From positions 32,001-96,000 of the IMG/VR virus record IMGVR_UViG_3300021255_002539: a DNA stretch of 64,000 nt; one strand, written 5' to 3'. The notes beneath the pieces are model-generated. The model was given only the letters and a program-made list of their open reading frames with translations, was not told where the DNA came from and made no database searches. The translations under genes and the position numbers were made by a program. Within the stretch, counting starts at the first letter, position 1; every line of letters begins with the position of its first letter. The stretch comes from a virus (taxonomy: Duplodnaviria > Caudoviricetes). Positions 52,534 through 61,917 of the stretch are shown here, piece after piece.

Positions 52534-52580
52534 CGTATAATTAAGTCATAGAAACAATCATCAAACGGAGAAACAAAAAC

Positions 52581-53111
52581 ATGAAGAAACTCATTATCAC
52601 GATGCTTGCTGCCGTTGGAATTATGTTCAATGGTTGCACACCCGACGAGAATACTCTTGTCGCTGCCGCCAACAGTGCAGGAACAATTGGAATGCTGACT
52701 TGGTTCAGCATCGACGACCCAGATCCAGAGGTAAAGGCGACTCTCAAGGAAGTCATTACCTATGTGGATGGTGCGTCGGTGAAGGTTGCTGAGGGAGAAA
52801 CCTACCTCAATAGCCTCCTTCCCTACATCCAGAAGTTCGTTGGCGAGCAGGAAAAGCTCACTGACTATCAGAAGCAGCTCATCAACGCCGGTTCGGTGGT
52901 CGTGCTCAATGGCATAGACACCTTCATGGCAGCAAATCCAAAGGTAAAGGCAAACGCCGAACTTGTGAACAAAGTTGTTGGCGCGTTCTGCAAGGGATGC
53001 CTTACCGTGCTCAACATGCCAGAGGATTGCCCTGAGTGCAGGCGGGCCAAGGAAGTCTACCAGAAGCGCAGCATGAAGTGCAGGGGTGGCAAGTTCGTCA
53101 CTGAGAAGTGA
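52581..53111 (+). CDS. Putative lipoprotein
   Basis: MKKLIITMLAAVGIMFNG-C signal peptide/lipobox; SD GGAG. Confidence 0.7.
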   Translation: MKKLIITMLAAVGIMFNGCTPDENTLVAAANSAGTIGMLTWFSIDDPDPEVKATLKEVITYVDGASVKVAEGETYLNSLLPYIQKFVGEQEKLTDYQKQLINAGSVVVLNGIDTFMAANPKVKANAELVNKVVGAFCKGCLTVLNMPEDCPECRRAKEVYQKRSMKCRGGKFVTEK

Positions 53112-53187
53112 TTAGTGACGAAACTGGAAATTCAAGTCCAGTTCCATACGATTGGGAGGGAAGTCAATCTTTCCTCCCAATCTTGTT

Positions 53188-54834
53188 TTACTTTGGCTCT
53201 GGGGTGTCGTATGCCAACTTGGTTGCGGCGTCGCAGGCCTTTGCTATCGTGTCGACCGCATCAAATGGCATGTCGATGAAAGGCTGCACAACCTGAACCA
53301 CTTGTGGCAGTGTCAGGTTCAACGCGCCATTGCAGCAGGTGTCGGCTTGATTTGGCACCTTCCAGCACATATCCAACAGATCCTCCAGTGGTGGTACGAT
53401 TTCGATGACCATCTTCCATATATCGAATACCTTGTCTATTATCTGTTTCGCCAATTTCGCGAACTTCTGAACGAACATGTTGATTATCAGCTCGACTATC
53501 TTGTCTATGACAATGTGCAGGTTCTGATATATGAACTCAACCTCAATCAAGACCTCCATGACAAGCATCATGTCCTTTGGTGGCACCATTGACATGTCTG
53601 GTCCCTCCAGGGATCTCAACTTGTACAGTACCATCTTCGCCTTTTGCCTGACAATCTCCTTTAGTATCTGCAGTTTGTCCTGGAAGTCAATCATCTGCTT
53701 TCCAATGGACATGTTCGGCACCTTGAGTGGTGGTGTTGGGAAATTCTTGCATGCCCCCTTTTTTATTGCCTCCCTTATCTGCTCCTCGTTGTAGCCACCA
53801 CAGCACTTTGTGACCTGTTGGTACATCTCCTTCCCACCTTCCCACACCGCGTCAATCGCGCCACCCATGACTTCCTGGACAAAGTCGAAGAATTCGGACA
53901 GTTCCTGCTTGCACTCAGACCATGTTGGGAGTTCATCTGCCTCGTCCACGCCCAGTTCGCCTTGTATGTTTTCAGCCAGGAAGTCGGGTATCCATTGTTG
54001 GTTTTCGCTCCAGGTCATCTTCAAGATTGCGATGAACAAGGGATGTGAATAGGGGTGTACTGCATTCACTGCCCCCATTACCTTGGTCATCAGATACGCA
54101 ATTGCCATCTTCTTGGCCGAGTCCAACGACGCAGTCAGAAGGTCTCTGGCCCCATTTCCCTCTCCGACAATGGATGTGAGGGACTTGATGCAGGACATTC
54201 CCTTGTCCATTGCGGTCCTCACCAACTCCAACTGGCCATGTGCCTGTGATACGGATGCTGAGCAAATCTCCGGCACTGGAACCCTTACCGACACTTGTGC
54301 GCCATCTGTGGACTGGGTTATCGAAACCGTGGCCTTGGCAGCCAGTTCCCTGGCTGTGTTCCCTTGAATTGCGGTTGCCATCCAGTTTGTGCTTTCCTGA
54401 GATGCGAAAGTCCTGGCGGCCTCAATTGTGCTCTGCCCAAAACCCGTGTCTGGCAAGTATCCAACTGACACATCCACGATGTCGTCAACCAACTCCTGCA
54501 CCTCGTCCCTGTTGGATGGCTATACCTACATGGCGGCGTCCACGATTCCCTTTGTCGTTCCAACATGCGATGTCCTAATCACTTGTGGATTCTGCATGGA
54601 CACTGACGTGAACATTTGAAACAACTTGTCCATCTTGGATTTGTCGTTGTATTGGTTCATGAACGACCTCAACTCGCCAATGGCATCTAGATCCACAATG
54701 GATTTCTGGTAATGATGATGTGCATTCTTCCTATTGGCAGACGACACACCAGTTCTGTGTGGATGACTGTTTTGCTTGACCTTCGCAATCATCCTTCTGG
54801 GGTTTACATGCTTTTCTATGTGTCTGCGTTCCAT
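53188..54834 (-). CDS. Hypothetical late helical protein, 548 aa; TAG=Gln
   Basis: ORFs join across TAGs at 54526 and 54520; ATG 9 nt after late motif. Confidence 0.7.
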
Positions 54835-54843
54835 CTATGCGCC

Positions 54844-54875
54844 TATTTACCATCTTTGGCGTCAAATGGTAAATA
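54844..54875. promoter_or_regulatory. Divergent late/late promoter pair
   Basis: TATTTACCAT...ATGGTAAATA. Confidence 0.72.
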
Positions 54876-54882
54876 CCAACAT

Positions 54883-57225
54883 ATGAGCGACACGACTACA
54901 ACATTTAGCATGAGGGACATCAACAACCTCCTGACGAATCAGTTCCAGGAATACACCCTTCTCTTGAACAGTATTGTTGGTGGCGGTGGGTTGATTGCCG
55001 AATCGCAAATACGACAGATATACAAATACGACTCTGACGCCAACAGGGAATACGACAAGGGTCAGATTGTGTTCAAGAATGGAATAGACTCCCTTCAGTA
55101 CATGCTCGACCACAAGGAATCAGTCGCCAAGATGATTGGGTTGAAGGATGGTACCGAGATATTTGAGGCAAGAAGGGATTTCGGCAAGACCAGCGAGTTC
55201 CTGTCGAGGATGAACAGTGCCTATGAACTGGGGGATGTGAACCACCCAATGCAGATGTACATGTCCAAGGTCAATGGGAATGTTGGCGAATTGGACATAC
55301 TGCAAAACTGGCAGGACTACATAATGTCCCAGAGTTGGATTGACGACCTCGCCAAGTTCTCGGCGAATGGGGATGCCTCCCAGACAATATCCGACTACCG
55401 CATATCCTATCTGTCCGACATCATACAACAGATGGTGAAGGAACACGAACTCAACTACCACAAGCAGCTGTCTGAATTCGACGAATCCCTCTACATGGAC
55501 GATGGGGGGGATGACGACTACATTGACGCATTGAACATGGTTGGTTCCATGGGCAAGTTGGAATATGGCTTCTACGAGATGTTCAAGCCAATTGGCAGAA
55601 CCACAGAGAAATACATCAAGGTGAAGATGTCCACTGATGGGATACTCGACATAACTGGCGTGGTTGGTTTGGAGGATTGCGAACATTGGGAATGGGAACA
55701 TGGGTCCAGGGACTACCTTCGGTCGCTCAACAACGGCAACCAAAGGTATATGCTCCAGTTGTCGAGACCGATCAACGACTTGTCCGAGGAAAACCCTGGC
55801 GGAAGCGTGATTTGGTGGAGGCCCGACAACCCAGAGCCACTTGATGGCATAGAGGAAGTGGATGGAGAAGAAGACACAGAGAAGCAGATGCGGTACTTCA
55901 AGCCCTACGAGACAGAACGCATGTTGAGGTGGTTTGGAACGACATACATCCCAGTTCTGGACATAGACAACATATACAAATGCACTGTATGCTCAATACC
56001 CCAATTGTCAGACGATGTGCAGTCAAACGACTTCCACCTGGATGCCACCAACATAGCAGCGAACGGCATGGACTTGGCCCGGGCGAACATAGACAACTCC
56101 ACTTCCCTGTCCCTGTTGACGCTCGCGCCAAAGGCGACAATCAAGGTCGAGAACCACGACGAGCGCACATACAAGATTGGGCAGTTCCTGAAGTTCATCG
56201 TGTCTGGAGGCCAATAGACTTCTGTAATGGCATTCCATGTTCGGGGCAAGGCATACGACGACATCCAGGAGATGAACCACTACATCGAAACATGGGAGTC
56301 GTTCACGGACATACATGAAACCCTGTTTGGATGGAAACTGGCACTTGAACTTGCCGAATATGCCCACCCAGAGGTGGTGGAGAAGTGGAACATCAATCAC
56401 CCAGACGACAAGTGGATACCAAACGACTGGACAAGGACACTGGAATCCACGACCAACATTTGGTGGGATGCCACATAGATTGACATGCTCCGTCTAAGGC
56501 AACTTGACATTGAGACTCTAGTCGGGAGATTCCAACAGGACTGGGATGACAGATTTGGATATATGTCTTCTCAACAATCAACAAAGGGGTGGTTCGACAA
56601 TGTATACAACTACATGGTGATGTTCAGGAAATGTGGAAAGAACAGTGGGCCCGATTCCTCAGACACAAGCAAGAAGGAACTGGACATCCTCTATCAGGCA
56701 ATAACCAACATATCAAACAGCGCCAAGGACGCAAGGTTGAGGAAACCATTGAACTTGATGTATGGCGTATATGAAGACTATCTTTCCAATGATGAACAGA
56801 AGAGGATAGATGATAGGGAAGAAAGATACGACATCATCTTCGACGACATCACCGTTGACGAGTTGAGAATCAGAATCCAGACATTCAACAACCTGGTTGT
56901 CAGACTTCCTGTCGACACCAAGCACAACAAGATGGCATCCAAGCACATATTCAAGGATTGGCAGGCATTTGTGGATGGTGCAGTGGATTATCTGGTTGGA
57001 ATGGAGCAGCTGTTTGTGGAAGACGACGAGAGTCAAGGTCTCGGCACCGATGGACTTCTGCATGGGTTCAAGGAACTCTACATAGACGAAAGCAAGTCCA
57101 TTCCATTGATTGACTATTCCTACATCTGCGATGGCAAAGACTTCGAGCATCCATACATCGACGAAAAGACAGGAAAGCCAGTTGCCGACAGATGGGACTA
57201 TTGGAGCGAATCTGACTTCGATTGA
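54883..57225 (+). CDS. Hypothetical late (virion) protein, 780 aa; TAG=Gln
   Basis: Three ORFs join across TAGs at 56215 and 56476; ends at a TGA abutting the convergent gene. Confidence 0.72.
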
Positions 57226-57906
57226 TCAAACCAGACTTGGCATGTCGCAATCCAAGCTCTTGATGCACCTGTCTATGTAGATTTGCGCATCCTTTGCCAG
57301 AATTCCCTTTGTAATCTTTGAATCCAAACCACCCAACAGCTGGTTGGTGGAGCGTACTTGGATGTACGGCGCATCAGAAAACCCTTGTATTGTCAATGCG
57401 GTTTTGGCGAAGAACGCACGCATGGCACGCTCCATGTCAGGAACCCCCAGGGACTGCATTCGATACAGCCGAACCCCATCCAACCCCCGATTGTAGAGGG
57501 AGACGAATGTCTGAACAAGCATCTCCTCTATCTCCTTGTTCTGGGGCACCATGAATGTAGAGGACACCAGAACATACCTTCTGTTTGCGAGATGGAGTAT
57601 CTGCCCCAGGCGGGTCTTGTCAGACACCTCTGACTCCAGTTTCCTGAGCATTGGTTGCAGCCGAACATTGTCAACTGGCCGAGGTTCCATGACCACAACG
57701 GCAATCGACCCATCAGAAGCCAGATTCCCCAATTTGCCCAAGATGAACTTCTCTGTTGGTTTCCTGTGCGAATCCACCTTCAGGGCATTCACATACACGA
57801 CATCCACGCCAGGAACAGACGATGCCTTGTTCCCAACATGGTTCGGCAGATACTCGTTGTACCAGTCGGAGACCAAGCTTCTATAGTCTACCAGCTTGTA
57901 GTTCAT
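57226..57906 (-). CDS. Hypothetical protein
   Basis: ORF in operon with upstream gene. Confidence 0.6.
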   Translation of the reverse strand: MNYKLVDYRSLVSDWYNEYLPNHVGNKASSVPGVDVVYVNALKVDSHRKPTEKFILGKLGNLASDGSIAVVVMEPRPVDNVRLQPMLRKLESEVSDKTRLGQILHLANRRYVLVSSTFMVPQNKEIEEMLVQTFVSLYNRGLDGVRLYRMQSLGVPDMERAMRAFFAKTALTIQGFSDAPYIQVRSTNQLLGGLDSKITKGILAKDAQIYIDRCIKSLDCDMPSLV

Positions 57907-57909
57907 GGT

Positions 57910-58461
57910 TCACTTTGCTGTGTATCTGGTCTCAGATGCATATCTGGACTCAGATGCATATCTGGACTCAAGCTCCTCGATGATCTCGTTCCTGTGCTTG
58001 GGCGAACCGTAATCGAGGTCGTATTGGAACAACTTGAGACCATCCAGTGGCAGACCCTTCCCACGGGACTGCTTCCTGAGTTTGTCCCTCACAGAACCAT
58101 CATCGTAGTAATCATATGAATAGTCGTCCAAATAGGACTTGCCATAATTCCTTGCCATCCATTTGGCGTATGAGTCTCCAGTAGTCATGCTTGATTCGTT
58201 GTCTATGTACTTCGCCTTCACGATGTCGAACAAATCGCTGCTGAGGGGAATCTGATGCATGTCGCAATCCATCATGAACTCTGGCGTGACAGGGAAGATG
58301 TAGTCCCCTTCGCTGCCAACACCCTTGAGGACAATGAAGTAGGCCTCGTCAGAACCAAGTACCTCCAAGTCCGTGACTTCCAATTTGCCAGTAAACAGGT
58401 CTCCATACACGATGAACGAACTGGAACTCGAATTGCTCACATAGTCTGACCTAATCTTCAT
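57910..58461 (-). CDS. Conserved phage protein (MKIRxDxVSNSSSSSF family)
   Basis: N-terminal motif; early promoter TTTACA-17-TATAAT at 58488-58516. Confidence 0.7.
   Translation of the reverse strand: MKIRSDYVSNSSSSSFIVYGDLFTGKLEVTDLEVLGSDEAYFIVLKGVGSEGDYIFPVTPEFMMDCDMHQIPLSSDLFDIVKAKYIDNESSMTTGDSYAKWMARNYGKSYLDDYSYDYYDDGSVRDKLRKQSRGKGLPLDGLKLFQYDLDYGSPKHRNEIIEELESRYASESRYASETRYTAK
57923..57970. repeat. 18-nt in-frame tandem repeat, about 2.7 copies
   Basis: TATCTGG(T/A)CTCAGATGCA units encoding SRYASE repeats. Confidence 0.85.
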
Positions 58462-58519
58462 GGTATAATATTGCCTTTCCTTGACATATTATACCACTTC
58501 AGGGAAAGGATGTAAAGCT

Positions 58520-59782
58520 TCAAGCGACAATCAGCAGTCTGTCGTTTGACCTCGTTATCGCTGTATACAACCACCTGCTCTTGTATGCGTCGTCCCAGAA
58601 TCCTGATATTTCCTCGAACAACATCACATTCCCCCACTCGGAACCCTGAGCCTTGTGGACAGTGAGGCAATAGCCAAAGTCAAAGGAATCGAAGTAGAGC
58701 TTCTTCTTGCCAATCTTCCTCATCATCTTGCGCTCTGAAATCGTCAGCTTGGACTTCAGCTTCATCAACTCCCTTACGGTGATGAACTCCTTGCCATCAG
58801 ACGAATACTTCATCTGCCCAAATGGGGACTTGTTCACCAACCCAGAATATCCGAACCCATCGTCCACATCCACCGACATGGAATATACCTCCCCCAGTTC
58901 AGATGGCACCAGCCCCTTCGCGTCAGAAATTGAGGTGATTCGACCCAACATCCCATTGTAGATTGGCTCAGCATAGGACTTGTTGTTCCTCAGGCAAACC
59001 ACCCTGTCGCCAACCCTCGGTATCTTGTCCTCGAAATCCTCCACGATGCCATAGTTGGTTCTGATTAGCTGGTTCACATCCACCCTCGTGTTGTTCGTCC
59101 CACACAGGCAAACGCCATTGGAAAAATCACCAAGGTGATTTAGGATGAAGTCGTTCACCAATGGATCGTTCTCGTTCACCTTCGCCACCTTGTCGTCGAA
59201 TTGCTTGAAGGGGATGTCATCGCCATTTCGCGCCATTATCGACAAGTCGAGCAATGTGCTGTTAGACCCAAACCTATGAACCTCCTCCAACCTTATCTGG
59301 GGGTTCTCCATCAAGTTGAACTGGTCTGCCGAGATTGGTGGCAACTGACCATGATCCCCAACAAACAAAATCGGAATCCCATACATCCTCAAGTCCTGGA
59401 ACAACTCCCTGTTCACCATCGACGCCTCGTCCACTATGATGAGGTTGTAGTCAAGGTAGGTGACGCGCTCAAAGACATTCAACTTCGTCTCAGGATCCTG
59501 CCTTACCCTATAGCAAAGGGAGTGTATTGTCCCAACATAGTCGTTCGACCGAATGGCGTTCGCGTCAATCAACTTCTCCTTCATCACGCCAGAAGCCTTG
59601 CCAGTATAGGCGCAAAAGGCCACCCTCCACCGCTTTGGCAGCTCCTTGCGCACCTCTGCTATGAGGGATGTCTTGCCAGTTCCAGCATATCCACCCAATG
59701 TGAGATAGGACATCCTGTTCCTGGAGTTTACCCAGTCCATGATTGTCTTCTTCGCGTCTATCTGATCCTTGCTTAAGTCCAT
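58520..59782 (-). CDS. dda: Dda/RecD-like SF1B DNA helicase
   Basis: GYAGTGKT, AYTGKA, TIHS, IVDEASM, VGDHGQLPP, YCLTVHKAQGSEW, WLYTAITR. Confidence 0.88.
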   Translation of the reverse strand: MDLSKDQIDAKKTIMDWVNSRNRMSYLTLGGYAGTGKTSLIAEVRKELPKRWRVAFCAYTGKASGVMKEKLIDANAIRSNDYVGTIHSLCYRVRQDPETKLNVFERVTYLDYNLIIVDEASMVNRELFQDLRMYGIPILFVGDHGQLPPISADQFNLMENPQIRLEEVHRFGSNSTLLDLSIMARNGDDIPFKQFDDKVAKVNENDPLVNDFILNHLGDFSNGVCLCGTNNTRVDVNQLIRTNYGIVEDFEDKIPRVGDRVVCLRNNKSYAEPIYNGMLGRITSISDAKGLVPSELGEVYSMSVDVDDGFGYSGLVNKSPFGQMKYSSDGKEFITVRELMKLKSKLTISERKMMRKIGKKKLYFDSFDFGYCLTVHKAQGSEWGNVMLFEEISGFWDDAYKSRWLYTAITRSNDRLLIVA

Positions 59783-59789
59783 AGCATCA

Positions 59790-59821
59790 TATTATACCAC
59801 TTTTACTGGAAATGGTAAATA
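59790..59821. promoter_or_regulatory. Divergent early(-)/late(+) promoter pair sharing one element
   Basis: Minus strand TTTACC-17-TATAAT; plus strand GGTAAATA. Confidence 0.7.
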
Positions 59822-59914
59822 GTCTCAACAATCAACACATTTGGGTAGAAGCTTTTTTGCTCTTTTTGTGTAAATATAATTGTTGAAAACAAAATCTACA
59901 TTGTGGACATACAA

Positions 59915-61843
59915 ATGAAACTTGAAGAACTATACGCCAAGTACGACGAAATTGCGGGCAAGTTGAATGTCACGCCCATTGAGCATTTCGTGTTCGACCT
60001 TGGCGACGACAATTCCCAGAAGTCTCTCAAGAATGGCTTTCCTGGGATTGAGGCTGTGTTGATGCCCGAAGTTGGGAACTACATGGTGGCTTCCACGGTA
60101 GTGGAGGATCCTGATGTTCTGCTTCTCTTGTTCCCACAGAAGACAGATGGGAACATGGGTCTTTGGGCGTTCAACACGAAGACAAAGGCGAATCGCGATC
60201 TCCTGGAGAATGGAGAGAAAGCGACAATAGACAATTTCAACGACGACTTCGAAAGCATGGAAGAAGTTGCCAAGCGGTTCAATGAATTCGCTTTCATGCC
60301 CGCTGATGGCGAGAATTCTGCCAATGAAGTCAAAAACATTGGTTCATTTGACGTTTCAACCGATGAACCTGTGGAAGTAAACAACAACACACATACAGAT
60401 AACGAGGAAACTGAAATGAAATTCAAGCCAATCAACGAGGAAGATGAACTCAAGGACACAAAGTGGGTTGAGATTCCAAACACGAACGCACATGGCGTCA
60501 CGGTGACAGAGGATGGAGAGGAAAACGCCGATCCATTTGCCGATGCCGGCGCAGATGTCCCAGCGGACAATGCTGCCCCTGCAGACACTGCTGCCCAAAC
60601 CGATCCAACAGGGGATGTTGCTCCCGCTGACAACGCGGCCCCAGCAACCGATGCAGCCCCAGCAGACGCAACCACGGATGTTGCTCCAGCTGAAGCACCC
60701 GCCGAGGAAGCCCCTGCCGAGGAGCCAGCGACAATCGACGACCCCAAGGCGAAGATGCGCGACCTGCTCGCGTACTACACCAACTACATGACAGAGTTGG
60801 TCAAGGATCCAAACACTTCCACAGAACTCATCTCGGCGACGCAGGAGATGATTGATTCTCTCATCAAGAACATGGAGAGCGCAGATGGAATCGAGGAAGT
60901 CAAGGCTGAGCAAGAGGAGGCCGCTGCAGAGGAAGCTCAAGCAGAGGAAACACCCGCCGAAGAGACTCCTGCCGAGGAAACCCCAGCCGAGGGACCTGCG
61001 CCAGAAACGCCAGCAGAGGAAGAGCCAGTTGCAGAGAACACTGACGAGCAGGCGGCACTTGACGAGCAAGCAGCGCTTGACGCCAAGGTTGATTCCGAGA
61101 TTGACGATCTCCACAAGGACGATTGGGAGGACATCGAGCCTGCCACGAGCGACAACATCATGACGCCCGGCGACCTCTCCAACCTCCCTGTAAACCAGGT
61201 TGACATCTCCGATGTCCCTGCAACACCAGACGAGGAATTGGCGGCAACCCTCCCAGACGAGACGCAGCAGCCAACAAGCGATGTTCTTGACGACATGGCT
61301 CCAGTCACGCCTGACGAGGAAGTTGACCTCCTGGGCGCAGACGAATATGCTGTTGGACCTGATGGATTGCCACTTGACAAGTTCGATGGTGATGTAGATG
61401 CCTTGACCACCAGCCCAGTCTCCAAGAAGATCAATTGGTCGACCGACTACGCAGTGAATGGAATTGCCACGACAGACGACAACTCCGTTGTTGTCCCTGA
61501 GGTTCTGAAGGAGCTTGAGGACTACTACAAGAAGGTGTCCGACGAAGTGAGCAAGGTTCCTGGCAAGGAGGATGTTGCGATGAAGTTGCAGAAGATTCAG
61601 ATCCTCTCGCAGACAATCGCAAACGAGTGGAATGGCATCGTCTCCCAGATTGGGGACAATGTTGCTGATTCCTATGACCTCTCCAACATGGGAGACCTCG
61701 AAAAGGACGAACTGGCCGCTCAGGACGCGATGAACCAGGTTGGCGCAGATGTGATGTCCGACCGTGAGGAAGAAGAGGAGGACGACCTCCGAATCAACGA
61801 CCAAATCGCCGCGTTCTGCGAGAGTTGGGGGCATTTGATGTAA
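59915..61843 (+). CDS. Highly acidic low-complexity late protein (possible prohead core/scaffold-like)
   Basis: Two late motifs upstream (about 59815 and 59870); EETPA, APAD and DEQAAL repeats. Confidence 0.7.
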   Translation: MKLEELYAKYDEIAGKLNVTPIEHFVFDLGDDNSQKSLKNGFPGIEAVLMPEVGNYMVASTVVEDPDVLLLLFPQKTDGNMGLWAFNTKTKANRDLLENGEKATIDNFNDDFESMEEVAKRFNEFAFMPADGENSANEVKNIGSFDVSTDEPVEVNNNTHTDNEETEMKFKPINEEDELKDTKWVEIPNTNAHGVTVTEDGEENADPFADAGADVPADNAAPADTAAQTDPTGDVAPADNAAPATDAAPADATTDVAPAEAPAEEAPAEEPATIDDPKAKMRDLLAYYTNYMTELVKDPNTSTELISATQEMIDSLIKNMESADGIEEVKAEQEEAAAEEAQAEETPAEETPAEETPAEGPAPETPAEEEPVAENTDEQAALDEQAALDAKVDSEIDDLHKDDWEDIEPATSDNIMTPGDLSNLPVNQVDISDVPATPDEELAATLPDETQQPTSDVLDDMAPVTPDEEVDLLGADEYAVGPDGLPLDKFDGDVDALTTSPVSKKINWSTDYAVNGIATTDDNSVVVPEVLKELEDYYKKVSDEVSKVPGKEDVAMKLQKIQILSQTIANEWNGIVSQIGDNVADSYDLSNMGDLEKDELAAQDAMNQVGADVMSDREEEEEDDLRINDQIAAFCESWGHLM

Positions 61844-61866
61844 TAGGCATCAAGATAGACCCAATG

Positions 61867-61908
61867 AAAAGCGAAGGTTGCTGGTTTAGTTCAGCAACCT
61901 TTGTTTTT
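61867..61908. terminator. Bidirectional intrinsic terminator
   Basis: AAGGTTGCTG-N8-CAGCAACCTT flanked by A and T tracts. Confidence 0.78.
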
Positions 61909-61917
61909 GCGATACAA

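Noticed and set aside
54712-54882. ORF-track upstream starts (also 4074, 6235, 14365, 22554, 44580)
   Set aside because: The extensions overlap promoters or neighbouring genes, and downstream ATGs fit motif and SD spacing better.
60356-61834. Long antisense ORFs (also 28522-29769, 32586-33896, 34775-35740 and many others)
   Set aside because: They are shadows of real genes caused by codon bias, with no motifs, SD or promoter support.
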